DNA from: Nitrospiraceae bacterium | GTDB lineage: Bacteria > Nitrospirota > Thermodesulfovibrionia > Thermodesulfovibrionales > UBA1546 | Length of the DNA: 64,000 bases | Direction: 5' to 3' | NCBI GenBank assembly: GCA_021373015.1 | Contig: JAJFTJ010000005.1 | Coordinates: 225,072 to 289,071, forward strand | Notes under the pieces: generated by a model | Told to the model about the DNA's origin: nothing | Databases searched by the model: none | Seen by the model: only the letters and a program-made list of their open reading frames with translations | Shown: piece after piece, positions 9,924-19,811 of the stretch | How the letters are laid out: each line of letters starts with the position of its first letter | How positions within the stretch are numbered: position 1 is the first letter of the stretch | Program-made: the position numbers and the translations under genes

Positions 9924-11570
9924 ATGGATGTTCTTGATGATATACGAGCTGTAAAGGATATAATTGCAGCGCTTCTTAAGGCAAAAAAAACTTTCAGGCT
10001 TTATCCTGAAAGCAATCCCATGTATACCAAGCTTCTTGACGATACATATGTAAAATTTAAAACTTACTTAGATTACAAAGACCAGCTTACAATAAAAATA
10101 AAACAGAACGAGTTGTTTCTTGACTCGGAGCAGATATATCATAATCCGGAAAAAGAAGATAATCTTGCTTTGTTTCTGTTCAAAGACGGGATTAGAGAGA
10201 TTACTTTTAAAAAAGGTTTTGCACCTAAAGAACTCGAGGATTTTTTGAAAATCCTTACTGTTGACTATGACAGGGAAGTTCTTGATGATGATGTTGTTAC
10301 CCTCCTCTGGGAAAAGGATTTTCAAAACATTAAATATGCTGTAGACGAAGCGTTTTTAACAGAGGATGATGGTTATGAGACCAAGGCGGTAAATGAAGTA
10401 AAGGGCGCAGCAGAAGAGGGTTACGACAACCTTACAAGGGCATATTCCGAGGCTTTTGGTGAAGATGCTGTTTCTGAATTATCAGTAGTTCCCCTTAGCG
10501 ATAAAGACCTGCAGACACTCGTTATCGAAATCGAAAAAGATTCTCATGACAAATTACCCAAGCTTATTGCGCTTATTTTTGAGGTGCTTTATCAGGCAGA
10601 GAGCACAGGAGATTATGAGGATGTAATTCATTTTTTAAGGGGCACTGTTGAATATTCCATAACACACGGCAATATCGAGGCAGCATTAGGACTGATGAAT
10701 TATGTTCAGTCCACGATCGATTCATCTGATATTCCTGATGAAGTAAAAAAACATTTGAAGACGATTTCTCTGTTTCTTGGTTCTGACACTTGCATAAAGC
10801 TTCTTGGCGAATTTCTAAACAGCGGTATTGAATTTGAAGAAAAAACAATTGAGGAATATGCCAAATACCTTGATAAAAGCGCCATCCAGCCGTTAATGGG
10901 GATACTTGGCGACTTAAAGACGATTCCAGGCAGGAAGGCTGTTATAAATGCACTTGTAGTTCTCGGGAAAAAAGACATGCAGGCTATTGCAAAAGGATTG
11001 TATGACACAAGATGGTATGTTGTAAGAAATGTAATTTACGTTCTGGGAAAGATAGGAGATAAAAAATCAGTAGATTTTCTTTTGAAGACATTAAATCACA
11101 GTGATATAAGGGTTAGAAAAGAGGTAATAAAGTCTTTGGGAGGGATGGGAAGCCTTAGTGTGTTATCTGCACTGAGAGACTGTCTTGATGACACCGACGA
11201 ACAGATAAGGACAGCTTCTGCAAGAGCAATCGCTAATATTCCAGCTCCGTCAGCTAAAAGCACAATTCTAAATCACCTATCAGATAAGTCTTTTAATAAA
11301 GCAGGTATTAATGAAAAAAAGGAGTTTTATGAAGTTTTATCCAGATGGAAAGACCCTGATGTTATTGAACTGCTTGTCAGGACTCTAAACAAGAAATCAT
11401 TTTTCAGAAGAGCTTCAAATGACGAAAACAGAGCTTGCGCTGCATATTGTCTCGGACTTATTGGAAACAAGGATGTTTTGCCTGTTTTATACAAGGCAAG
11501 AGATTCAAAGAGCAGGATAGTTTGGGAATATGTTGATACTGCGATTAAGAGGATAGAGTATGGAAGATAA
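9924..11570 (+). CDS. HEAT-repeat (PBS-lyase-type) protein with unassigned N-terminal domain
   Basis: C-terminal repeats RWYVVRNVIYVLGKIGDKKSVDFLLKTLNHSDIRVRKEVIKSLGGMGS...DDTDEQIRTASARAIANI. Confidence 0.75.
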   Translation: MDVLDDIRAVKDIIAALLKAKKTFRLYPESNPMYTKLLDDTYVKFKTYLDYKDQLTIKIKQNELFLDSEQIYHNPEKEDNLALFLFKDGIREITFKKGFAPKELEDFLKILTVDYDREVLDDDVVTLLWEKDFQNIKYAVDEAFLTEDDGYETKAVNEVKGAAEEGYDNLTRAYSEAFGEDAVSELSVVPLSDKDLQTLVIEIEKDSHDKLPKLIALIFEVLYQAESTGDYEDVIHFLRGTVEYSITHGNIEAALGLMNYVQSTIDSSDIPDEVKKHLKTISLFLGSDTCIKLLGEFLNSGIEFEEKTIEEYAKYLDKSAIQPLMGILGDLKTIPGRKAVINALVVLGKKDMQAIAKGLYDTRWYVVRNVIYVLGKIGDKKSVDFLLKTLNHSDIRVRKEVIKSLGGMGSLSVLSALRDCLDDTDEQIRTASARAIANIPAPSAKSTILNHLSDKSFNKAGINEKKEFYEVLSRWKDPDVIELLVRTLNKKSFFRRASNDENRACAAYCLGLIGNKDVLPVLYKARDSKSRIVWEYVDTAIKRIEYGR

Positions 11571-12966
11571 CGAAAAGTTATTGTCCAGTTCAAAAGATAT
11601 AGTAAACCAGCTAGCAGTTATTGCAAGGACCGCTCTAATACATGATGTGAATAATATTGCTGTTACAGCAGCAATAGAAAAACTTGCCGCTACGTTAAAT
11701 CCGCTTGTAAAACAGCAGGGCAAGCTGACATTGGAAGTTGGAGGTGAATTTTTTTATCTAAACGAGATACGGATAAGATATTCCCTTGAATACCTGACTA
11801 ATTTTGATTTTCTCATAAGAGAATTTAAAAAACGTGAACTCGGAAGTGTTGTTTTTACTGATGTTGTTAAATTAGAACATCTGCAAAAATTTTTAAAGGC
11901 TTTTACAGGATCAATCTTTTCCCAGCATCCATTCGAGGCTCTCTCTGAAGAGATGGAAACTGTTGATGTTTTGCAGGTCGGCAAGCTGAGAAAAATAAAA
12001 GAGGAAAATACAGAGACAGGATTCGATATTCGCAAGGAAGTAAAGAAAACATATTTTAATGCCGTTGCATATACCAAAGGTGTTATAAGCAAAATAAAAT
12101 CAGGAGAACGCGTAAGTATAAAAAAAGCAAAAAGAGTGGTTGAGTCAATGGTTGATTTAATCCTTGAGGAAGAACAATTGCTGATAGGCATGACTGCTAT
12201 AAAAGATTATGACGAATATACATATCACCATTGTGTAAATGTAAGCATCCTGTCTGTTGCTCTTGGACAAAGGCTGGGACTTACAAAAAAAGCATTAACA
12301 GAACTTGGTTTGGTGGGGATATTTCATGATATCGGCAAGATAGAGATTCCAGCTGATATGCTGAATAAACCTACAAGTTTCACAGATGAGGAATGGAAGA
12401 TAATGAGAAGACATCCTTTCTGGGGATTCAGGGCAATATTAAGACTCAGGGGATTTGATGATCTTTCAATGAGGGCTGCAATTGTGGCATTTGAACATCA
12501 TATGAACTATGATTTTTCTGGGTATCCCAAGGTAAAAAAAGAATTTGAGATTGATTTCTACTCGAGAATAATAAGTCTTGCTGATCAATATGACGGTATG
12601 ACATCCTCAAGAGTTTATTCGCGCATACCAATGCCTCCGGACAGAGCGCTGAGTCTTATGATGGATCGCGCAGGCACTCAGTTGGACCCAATCCTATTTA
12701 AATTTTTTATCAATATGATTGGAGTTTTTCCTGTCGGCACACTGGTTATGCTCGACAGTAAAGAACTTGGGCTGGTTTATCAATGCGATTCCATGTATCT
12801 TGACAGACCCAAAATTCTTCTTGTCATGAACAGCAGCGGCGAGAAAGTTGAAAGTCATATTGTTGATTTAACCGAGAAAAACGAAGAAAATAAATTTGTC
12901 AGAACGATTGTAAGGACAATGGATCCTAATAAATATAAAATAAATCTTGCGGAATATCTGCTTTAA
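11560..12966 (+). CDS. HD-GYP domain protein (putative cyclic-di-GMP phosphodiesterase)
   Basis: HHCVNVSIL...GIFHDIGKIEIP...HHMNYDFSGYP...ADQYDGMTSSRVY covers the HD and GYP motifs. Overlaps the upstream gene by 11 nt. Confidence 0.85.
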   Translation: MEDNEKLLSSSKDIVNQLAVIARTALIHDVNNIAVTAAIEKLAATLNPLVKQQGKLTLEVGGEFFYLNEIRIRYSLEYLTNFDFLIREFKKRELGSVVFTDVVKLEHLQKFLKAFTGSIFSQHPFEALSEEMETVDVLQVGKLRKIKEENTETGFDIRKEVKKTYFNAVAYTKGVISKIKSGERVSIKKAKRVVESMVDLILEEEQLLIGMTAIKDYDEYTYHHCVNVSILSVALGQRLGLTKKALTELGLVGIFHDIGKIEIPADMLNKPTSFTDEEWKIMRRHPFWGFRAILRLRGFDDLSMRAAIVAFEHHMNYDFSGYPKVKKEFEIDFYSRIISLADQYDGMTSSRVYSRIPMPPDRALSLMMDRAGTQLDPILFKFFINMIGVFPVGTLVMLDSKELGLVYQCDSMYLDRPKILLVMNSSGEKVESHIVDLTEKNEENKFVRTIVRTMDPNKYKINLAEYLL

Positions 12967-13038
12967 GGTTCAGAAACTACTTTTTTTATTTGTTAAGTAC
13001 CCATTTTACCGGCTAAAAGGCTTTTTAGCTTAATTAAA

Positions 13039-13067
13039 TTGACAAGAATGAACATTCTGAATATAAT
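13039..13067 (+). promoter_or_regulatory. Consensus sigma70 promoter of trxA with a palindrome in the spacer
   Basis: TTGACA (13039-13044), 17 nt, TATAAT (13062-13067). The spacer contains AGAATG-AA-CATTCT (13045-13058). Confidence 0.6.
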
Positions 13068-13099
13068 TCAAACATGCCAGTTAAATCAGGAGGTTTTCA

Positions 13100-13432
13100 A
13101 TGACAGAAGGTATTGTTGAGGCAACAAGTTCAAATTGGGAAAATGAAGTTATAAAAAACCAGGAATTAGTAATGGTTGATTTTTGGGCTGTTTGGTGTGG
13201 TCCTTGCAGAATGATAGCTCCTGTTGTTGAAGAACTTGCAAAAGAGTATGCAGGGAAAATTAAGGTTGCAAAGCTTAATACTGACGAAAATCCTGACATT
13301 GCCAGTAAATATAAAATAATGGGCATTCCAACAATAATTTTTTTTAAAAACGGTAAGATGATAGATCAGCTTGTAGGCGCTGTTCCTAAAAACCAGCTTA
13401 AATCCAAGATTGATTCCCTGCTGATTGCTTAG
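13100..13432 (+). CDS. trxA: Thioredoxin
   Basis: VDFWAVWCGPCRMIAP active site, 110 aa, AGGAGG RBS. Confidence 0.95.
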   Translation: MTEGIVEATSSNWENEVIKNQELVMVDFWAVWCGPCRMIAPVVEELAKEYAGKIKVAKLNTDENPDIASKYKIMGIPTIIFFKNGKMIDQLVGAVPKNQLKSKIDSLLIA

Positions 13433-13465
13433 GCTGTCATCGTTTTGAATATTCGAAGAGAAAAT

Positions 13466-13975
13466 ATGGCCTGTCATGCTGCGCTGGCTGCCCTCATAAT
13501 ATTTTTTCTCTCTGTTTCTTTTATCTCATGCACAAAAGATGAAATCGAATTTGTCCCGTCAGTCGGAGAAAAAGCATTAGATTTTAAGTACAGCGACATT
13601 CACGGGAATAAAATATCGCTTTTCGATTACAAAGGCAAGGTTGTCCTGATAGAGTTCTGGGCTACGTGGTGCCCGCCATGCAAAACAATAACGCCTTTCC
13701 TTAATATGCTCCACAATAAATACAAAGACAAAGGTCTTGTTGTTCTTGCAATTACCCCTGAAACTAATATTGAAAATATCAAACGTTACATAATTGATAA
13801 TAACGTATTGTATATGGTAGTACCTGCTGATCAAAATATCATAAAAAGATACGGAATAATAGGAATACCGGCATTTTATGTCATAGACAAGGACGGCAAG
13901 GTTGCAAATAAAATTACTGGAGCTGTGCCTGGGCTGAATAATGAACTTATTTCGTCAATAGAGACGCTTCTTTAA
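13466..13975 (+). CDS. TlpA-like thiol:disulfide oxidoreductase lipoprotein
   Basis: Lipobox VSFISC. Redoxin motif VLIEFWATWCPPCK. The track start at 13445 is TTG; ATG 13466 is preferred. Confidence 0.85.
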   Translation: MACHAALAALIIFFLSVSFISCTKDEIEFVPSVGEKALDFKYSDIHGNKISLFDYKGKVVLIEFWATWCPPCKTITPFLNMLHNKYKDKGLVVLAITPETNIENIKRYIIDNNVLYMVVPADQNIIKRYGIIGIPAFYVIDKDGKVANKITGAVPGLNNELISSIETLL

Positions 13976-13976
13976 T

Positions 13977-15296
13977 ATGTTTGAATCCCTCACACAAAAA
14001 CTTGAAGCAGTCTTTAAAAAAATCAAAGACAGGGGGCTGCTGAAAGAAGAGGATGTTGATGCTGCCTTAAGAGAAGTGCGTCTTGCATTACTTGAAGCAG
14101 ATGTTAATTTTAAGGTTGTAAAAGATTTTATACAACAAGTCAGGGATAAGGCTGTTGGCAAAAAAGTGCTTGAAAGCATTACTCCCGGCCAGCAGGTTGT
14201 AAAAATAGTAAATGATGAATTGTGTAATATTCTTGGAGGTTCAAATCAGAAGATACATCTTTCTCCAAATCCGCCAACTATTATTCTGATGACCGGACTT
14301 AATGGCTCAGGTAAGACAACAACTTCTGCAAAATTAGCGAATTTTTTTAAAAAAGAAGGCAGACGTCCCATGCTCGCAGCTGCTGATCTTCAAAGACCTG
14401 CTGCGGTTGAACAGCTTGTCAGGCTTGGATCTCAGATAGAGGTTCCAGTATTTCATGTAAAAGATCTAAAAGATTCTGTGCTGCTCTGTAAAGAATCTTT
14501 GAAAAAAGCACGAGAAGAAGCAAGAGATATTCTGATAATTGATACTGCAGGAAGATTTCATGTTGATGATGAGTTAATGACAGAGCTTAAACAGATAAAG
14601 GACGCTGTTCTGCCAAAAGAAATAATTTTCGTTGCTGATGCAATGACGGGACAGGATGCAGTCAATATTGCAAAGAGTTTTAATGAACAGATTGGTATTG
14701 ACGGAATAATCCTTACAAAGATGGACGGTGATGCAAGGGGCGGCGCTGCAATATCCATACGTCATATAACAGGAAAACCTATAAAGTTTATCGGTACAGG
14801 CGAAAAGATTAACATGCTTGAGCCATTTCATCCTGAAAGGATTGCATCGCGAATCCTGGGTATGGGTGATGTTCTCAGTCTTATAGAGCAGACACAGAAG
14901 GTTTTTGAAGAAAAAGAAACAGAAAAACTTCAGCAAAAAATAATGAGCGAATCATTTACATTTGACGATCTCAAGGATCAGCTCAAGAAGATACGCAGTA
15001 TGGGGCCGCTTGGAAATCTTTTAGGAATGATGCCCGGAGCAGGAAAACTAAAAAACGCTTCTATTGACGATAAAGAACTGGTTAAGATTGAGGCAATAAT
15101 AAATTCAATGACAAAGGCTGAGAGAAGAGACCACAATATACTTAATGGCAGCAGAAGAAAGAGGATTGCATCAGGCAGCGGCACAACAGCTGCTGATGTC
15201 AATAAAGTTGTAAAACAATACCTTGAATTGAAAAAAATATTTAAGATATTTAAGACAGGCAAAGGAATAAAATTTCCAAATCTTACGCCTCTCTGA
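13977..15296 (+). CDS. ffh: Signal recognition particle protein Ffh
   Basis: GLNGSGKTTTSAKLA, DTAGR, TKMDGDARGGAA and a Met-rich M domain. Confidence 0.97.
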   Translation: MFESLTQKLEAVFKKIKDRGLLKEEDVDAALREVRLALLEADVNFKVVKDFIQQVRDKAVGKKVLESITPGQQVVKIVNDELCNILGGSNQKIHLSPNPPTIILMTGLNGSGKTTTSAKLANFFKKEGRRPMLAAADLQRPAAVEQLVRLGSQIEVPVFHVKDLKDSVLLCKESLKKAREEARDILIIDTAGRFHVDDELMTELKQIKDAVLPKEIIFVADAMTGQDAVNIAKSFNEQIGIDGIILTKMDGDARGGAAISIRHITGKPIKFIGTGEKINMLEPFHPERIASRILGMGDVLSLIEQTQKVFEEKETEKLQQKIMSESFTFDDLKDQLKKIRSMGPLGNLLGMMPGAGKLKNASIDDKELVKIEAIINSMTKAERRDHNILNGSRRKRIASGSGTTAADVNKVVKQYLELKKIFKIFKTGKGIKFPNLTPL

Positions 15297-15306
15297 TTAT
15301 GTATTA

Positions 15307-15335
15307 TTGACAGTTTATTATCTTTCTGATAAGCT
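15307..15335 (+). promoter_or_regulatory. Candidate promoter upstream of rpsP
   Basis: TTGACA (15307-15312), 17 nt, TAAGCT (15330-15335). Confidence 0.35.
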
Positions 15336-15369
15336 TAACAGCTGATGTCACAGGTGAGGAGGTGAAGTT

Positions 15370-15606
15370 TTGGTAAAAATCAGATTGTCACGGCTTGGTG
15401 CTCATAAGAAACCATACTACAGGTTTGTTGTGGCTGATTCCAGGTCTAAAAGAAACGGTCCTTTTATAGAAATACTTGGATCTTACGATCCAAATAAAGA
15501 ACCTTCCGAGATAAAAGTTGATATTGAGAAGGCAAGACATTGGTTGCAGCGTGGAGCACAACCTACTGAAATTACGAAAAAGCTTTTGCAAAGGGCAGGA
15601 CTATAA
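15370..15606 (+). CDS. rpsP: 30S ribosomal protein S16
   Basis: (M)[32 protein letters not shown] start with AGGAGG 8 nt upstream. Confidence 0.95.
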   Translation: MVKIRLSRLGAHKKPYYRFVVADSRSKRNGPFIEILGSYDPNKEPSEIKVDIEKARHWLQRGAQPTEITKKLLQRAGL

Positions 15607-15660
15607 CTCAAAAACGCAGAGGGTTGTAGACAGCCTTAAATTCCTACGGAGGTAGAGAAG

Positions 15661-15891
15661 ATGAAACAATTGATTGAGACAATGGCTAAGGCTCTGGTTG
15701 ACAAACCAGAAGACGTATCAGTTTCAGAAGTAGAAGGTGAAAAAACCACTGTTTTTGAGCTGAGGGTTTCTCAGAGTGACCTCGGAAAGGTAATAGGCAA
15801 ACAGGGCAAGACAGCACGCGCAATGAGGACAATCCTCAGTGCTTCTGGCACTAAAATCGGCAAACGCTGCGTTCTTGAAATACTAGAATAG
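15661..15891 (+). CDS. KH-domain RNA-binding protein (YlqC/UPF0109 family)
   Basis: [10 protein letters not shown]...[18 protein letters not shown]. Canonical position after rpsP. Confidence 0.85.
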   Translation: MKQLIETMAKALVDKPEDVSVSEVEGEKTTVFELRVSQSDLGKVIGKQGKTARAMRTILSASGTKIGKRCVLEILE

Positions 15892-15924
15892 AAATTAAAC
15901 TATATTTAACCATTCACATAACTT

Positions 15925-15947
15925 GGGGCAGGGCAAGCCTCTGCCCC
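15925..15947 (+). terminator. Candidate hairpin terminator after the ffh-rpsP-KH unit
   Basis: GGGGCAG (15925-15931), 9-nt loop, CTGCCCC (15941-15947). No clear T-tract follows, so this is weak. Confidence 0.35.
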
Positions 15948-15979
15948 ATAATTCCAGACACTCCACATAATTATTTAAT

Positions 15980-18067
15980 ATGATTAACAAACAAACAGTA
16001 TTATCCTTTTTTAAAGACAAAATCAAGAAGCCTCTTGGGTTTAAAGAATTAGTCCAATTTATGAAGCTTGATAAAACCGAAGCATATTCCCTCAAAAAAG
16101 TTTTAAAAAGGATGTTGAAAGACGGGGATATTCTTCTCACACGCAAGGGACTTTACATACTTGGCGGCGAGGTCAATCTCTTAACTGGTTATTTTGAGGC
16201 GCACAGAGACGGCTATGGTTTTGTAATTCTGGAAAAGCCGGGAGAAAGAGATATTTTTATTCCTGCCAGATCAACTCTCGGGGCAATGGACAGCGACAGG
16301 GTTGTCGTAAGAGTTGAGAACTGGAAAAGAAGAGACGGAACAATAATAAGAATACTTGAAAGGGCTCATACAAAAATTGTCGGAAAGCTCGACATTACAA
16401 AAACAGCAGTGTATGTAAGACCGAAAAACAGATCAATTCCATTTGATTTGTTTATACCAAACAAAGAAGTTGGAAAGGCAAAAGATGGCGATATAGTTAT
16501 AGCCGAGATTACAAGTTATCCGTTTGGGAAAAGGCCTCCCAGCGGAAAGATTTTAAAGGCAATAACAAAACCTACTGATCCTTCTTCTGAAGTTGAATCG
16601 ATAATAGATGAATTTAATATTCCCAGACATTTCCCAAAAGATGTAAATGACGAAGCAAGACTGCTTGTTAGCAAAAATACAAAGGACTCGGACACAAGAA
16701 AAGACCTCAGATTTCTTCCAACAGTAACAATTGACGGTGAGCGCGCAAAAGATTTTGACGATGCTGTGTCAATAAAACTAACGGAGAATGGCTATAAACT
16801 CTGGGTGCATATAGCTGATGTGGGTTTTTATGTTCCATGGAATTCCGTTATTGACCTTGAGGCAAGAAAAAGAGCGACAAGCATTTATTTCCCTGACAGG
16901 GTAACCCCAATGCTTCCAAGTGAGCTCTCTGAGGATCTCTGCAGCCTAAGGCCAAATGTTGACAGATTTTCTTTTACTGTAGAAATAGATTTTGACAGGC
17001 TTGGAAATAAATTAAATTCAAGGTATTACCCCAGCATAATAAAAAGCTTTGAAAGAATGACTTATACAACGGTTAAAAAAATACTCATTGATAACGATGG
17101 ATATGAGAGAGAAAAATACAGCAATCTTGTTCCTGATTTTGAACTTATGGGAGAGTTATGCGGCATATTAAGAAACAAAAGGCTTCAGCGTGGCAGTCTT
17201 GATTTTGATCTTCCTGAACCTGAGGTTGTTCTTGATATTCAGGGTTCTCCTGAGGCAATAATCAATTCGGAAAGAAATTTTGCTCATATGATCATCGAAG
17301 AATTCATGATCTCGGCAAATGAGTCTGTTGCTGAACATTTTTCAAAACTTAATCTCCCGTCAATCTACAGGATTCATGAAGAGCCCGATCTCATGAAACT
17401 GGAGGATATAATCAAGGTAGTAAGACCAATACTCAAAAATAAAACGATAAAAAAAGCCAAAGATTTTTCTTTGCTCTTAAAAGAGATAAAGGGCAGACCT
17501 GAGGAAGAAATTGTTAATTATATGGTGTTAAGAAGTCTTAAGCAGGCAAGATACTCTGCCATAAATGTAGGTCATTTTGGCCTTGCATCAGAATGCTACA
17601 CTCATTTTACTTCGCCTATCAGAAGATATCCAGATCTCGTTGTGCACAGGATATTACGAGAAACACTTGTGAAAAAACAGCTCGAAGATAAAAGAATAAA
17701 AGAGCTTCAATCCATCCTGCCTGACATTGCATTTCATTGTTCAAGGATGGAGCGTAGGGCTGACGATGCAGAGCATGAAGTCATTGATGCAATGAGAGTC
17801 TGGTTCATGAAAGACAAGGTTGGCGGTGAATTTGAAGGCAAGATCGTGAATATAACGCCTTACGGCCTGAAGATAAGACTAAAAGATTTTTATGTAGATG
17901 GATTCCTTCATGTCTCTTCAATGACAGATGATCTGTATGAATTTGATGAACGCACCATGACCTTTAATGGGAAAAACACAAAACGCTCTTACACAATCGG
18001 AAAAGAGATTAATGTGAGGATTGATAAGGTAGATATAGAGGAAAGAGAGATAGTATTCGGAATTTAG
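15980..18067 (+). CDS. rnr: Ribonuclease R
   Basis: RNB motifs DGERAKDFDDAVS and HFGLASECYTHFTSPIRRYPDLVVHR. C-terminal S1-like domain. Confidence 0.95.
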   Translation: MINKQTVLSFFKDKIKKPLGFKELVQFMKLDKTEAYSLKKVLKRMLKDGDILLTRKGLYILGGEVNLLTGYFEAHRDGYGFVILEKPGERDIFIPARSTLGAMDSDRVVVRVENWKRRDGTIIRILERAHTKIVGKLDITKTAVYVRPKNRSIPFDLFIPNKEVGKAKDGDIVIAEITSYPFGKRPPSGKILKAITKPTDPSSEVESIIDEFNIPRHFPKDVNDEARLLVSKNTKDSDTRKDLRFLPTVTIDGERAKDFDDAVSIKLTENGYKLWVHIADVGFYVPWNSVIDLEARKRATSIYFPDRVTPMLPSELSEDLCSLRPNVDRFSFTVEIDFDRLGNKLNSRYYPSIIKSFERMTYTTVKKILIDNDGYEREKYSNLVPDFELMGELCGILRNKRLQRGSLDFDLPEPEVVLDIQGSPEAIINSERNFAHMIIEEFMISANESVAEHFSKLNLPSIYRIHEEPDLMKLEDIIKVVRPILKNKTIKKAKDFSLLLKEIKGRPEEEIVNYMVLRSLKQARYSAINVGHFGLASECYTHFTSPIRRYPDLVVHRILRETLVKKQLEDKRIKELQSILPDIAFHCSRMERRADDAEHEVIDAMRVWFMKDKVGGEFEGKIVNITPYGLKIRLKDFYVDGFLHVSSMTDDLYEFDERTMTFNGKNTKRSYTIGKEINVRIDKVDIEEREIVFGI

Positions 18068-19314
18068 TCAAATCCTTTGAATTCTCCTATATTCGTAATG
18101 TCTATTTCTCCTTCAGAACCTTGCTTTAAATTCTTCCATTTAATCTTCCCTGATTTCAGCTCATCATCGCCTAAAATGAAAACGTATTCAGCATTCAGCT
18201 TGTCAGCTTTTCTAAGCTGGTTTTTAAGGGAAACGCTGGCATATCCTGTTTCGGTTCTGATCCCTTTTGCCCTAAGCTTCTCAGCTAAAATCATTGATTC
18301 TTTATCAGCATTTTCTCCAATAGTTGCAAAAAAAACTGATGGCACTGGAACATTGATTTCAACCTTATTTTTCATTATTTCAGCTAGCCTTTCCATCCCT
18401 ATTGCAAATCCTATTGCAGGAGTAGGGGGGCCGCCGAATTCTTCGACTAGCCTGTCATAGCGTCCTCCTGCTGCAACTGCTTTTTGCGCTCCTAGATGTT
18501 CGCTGGTTATCTCAAATGTTGTGCTTGTGTAGTAATCAAGGCCTCTTACAAGATTAGGATTAATGGAGTATTTAATATTAAGAAGTTTGAGAAATGAAAG
18601 AAATTTCTCAAAATGTCCTTTGCAGTTATTGCACAATGAATCTTTTACAGCTGGAGCGTCCTTTCGCATCTCAATGCAGGAAGGCACCTTGCAATCCAGT
18701 ATTCTCAAAGGGTTGTTGGAATATCTGTTATTACAATCAGGACAGAGCTGAGGAATTTTATTTGAGAAAAATTCAGACAGGGTTTTTCTATATTCAGGCC
18801 TGCATTTTTCGCATCCTATGGAATTTACTTCAAAGCTTAATTCGTGAATTCCAAGTTTTTCAAAAAAAGCCTTGAGCATTGAGAGCATCTCAGCATCCAG
18901 CTTGGGTTCAGCAGCACCAAATACCTCAGCGCCTACCTGGTAGAATTGCCTGAATCTTCCTTTTTGCGGCCTTTCGTATCTGAACATTGGTCCGGAATAA
19001 AAAAATTTTTGCGGAGAGGGAAGGTTGTAGAGGTGATTTTCCACATAACATCTTACAGCAGAAGCAGTGCCTTCAGGCCTGAGAGTTATGCTTCTCTCGC
19101 CCTTGTCAGTAAAGGTGTACATCTCTTTTTCAACAATGTCGGTTTTTTCACCTATACTTCTTTTGAATATTTCGGTTGATTCTATTATGGGAAGCCGTAT
19201 TTCTATAAATCCATATGCAGAGAATATTTCAAATGCAGCAGATTCGATTTTCTGCCAAAGATATATGTCAGGCGGTAATATGTCATTAACACCTTTGAGA
19301 GCGTTATATTTCAC
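18064..19314 (-). CDS. hisS: Histidyl-tRNA synthetase
   Basis: LRPEGTASAVR, FRYERPQKGRFRQFYQ and GGRYDRLVEEFGG are class II HisRS motifs. Confidence 0.97.
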   Translation of the reverse strand: MKYNALKGVNDILPPDIYLWQKIESAAFEIFSAYGFIEIRLPIIESTEIFKRSIGEKTDIVEKEMYTFTDKGERSITLRPEGTASAVRCYVENHLYNLPSPQKFFYSGPMFRYERPQKGRFRQFYQVGAEVFGAAEPKLDAEMLSMLKAFFEKLGIHELSFEVNSIGCEKCRPEYRKTLSEFFSNKIPQLCPDCNNRYSNNPLRILDCKVPSCIEMRKDAPAVKDSLCNNCKGHFEKFLSFLKLLNIKYSINPNLVRGLDYYTSTTFEITSEHLGAQKAVAAGGRYDRLVEEFGGPPTPAIGFAIGMERLAEIMKNKVEINVPVPSVFFATIGENADKESMILAEKLRAKGIRTETGYASVSLKNQLRKADKLNAEYVFILGDDELKSGKIKWKNLKQGSEGEIDITNIGEFKGFD

Positions 19315-19330
19315 CTTTGATCCTCATTAT

Positions 19331-19801
19331 TTATTTGTCAGAACCTTCGCCTTCCCTTGTTTTGTCGAACTCAATCATCTTGAGATGGCTTTCTATCATT
19401 CGTTTGAGTTCTTCCTTGAAATGACGTCTGATTCCTTTCAGATCAACAATGTCTTCGTGTATCTTTATGACTTTTTCCTGAGCCTCTTTCAGCATTGCGT
19501 CTGCTTTTAATTCAGATTCTTTTACAATCAGTTCTGCTTCTTTTCTGGCATTGGACTTGTATTCCTCTACCATCTGTTGAGTGCTCATCAAAGTTTCTCT
19601 TAATGTTGCTTCTATATCTCTGTATTCCTTGACTTGATTTCCAGCACGTTGAGCAGCTTCTTTAAGAGAGGCGTTTTCTCTGAGTAGTTCTTCCATTTCC
19701 TCACGTATGACCTCAAGAAATGCATATACTTCCTCTACATCGAACCCCCTGAACTTCATCGGGAACTGCTTTTGCTGTATGTCAAGCGGGGTTATTCTCA
19801 T
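19331..19801 (-). CDS. DivIVA-domain protein
   Basis: MRITPLDIQQKQFPMKFRGFDVEEVYAFLE N-terminus followed by coiled coil. Confidence 0.85.
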   Translation of the reverse strand: MRITPLDIQQKQFPMKFRGFDVEEVYAFLEVIREEMEELLRENASLKEAAQRAGNQVKEYRDIEATLRETLMSTQQMVEEYKSNARKEAELIVKESELKADAMLKEAQEKVIKIHEDIVDLKGIRRHFKEELKRMIESHLKMIEFDKTREGEGSDK

Positions 19802-19811
19802 ATTCCCTCCT

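Noticed and set aside
13012-13029. Hairpin GCTAAAA-GGCT-TTTTAGC after the HD-GYP gene as an intrinsic terminator
   Set aside because: The stem is 7 bp and almost entirely A/T, with no T-tract, so it is too weak to call.
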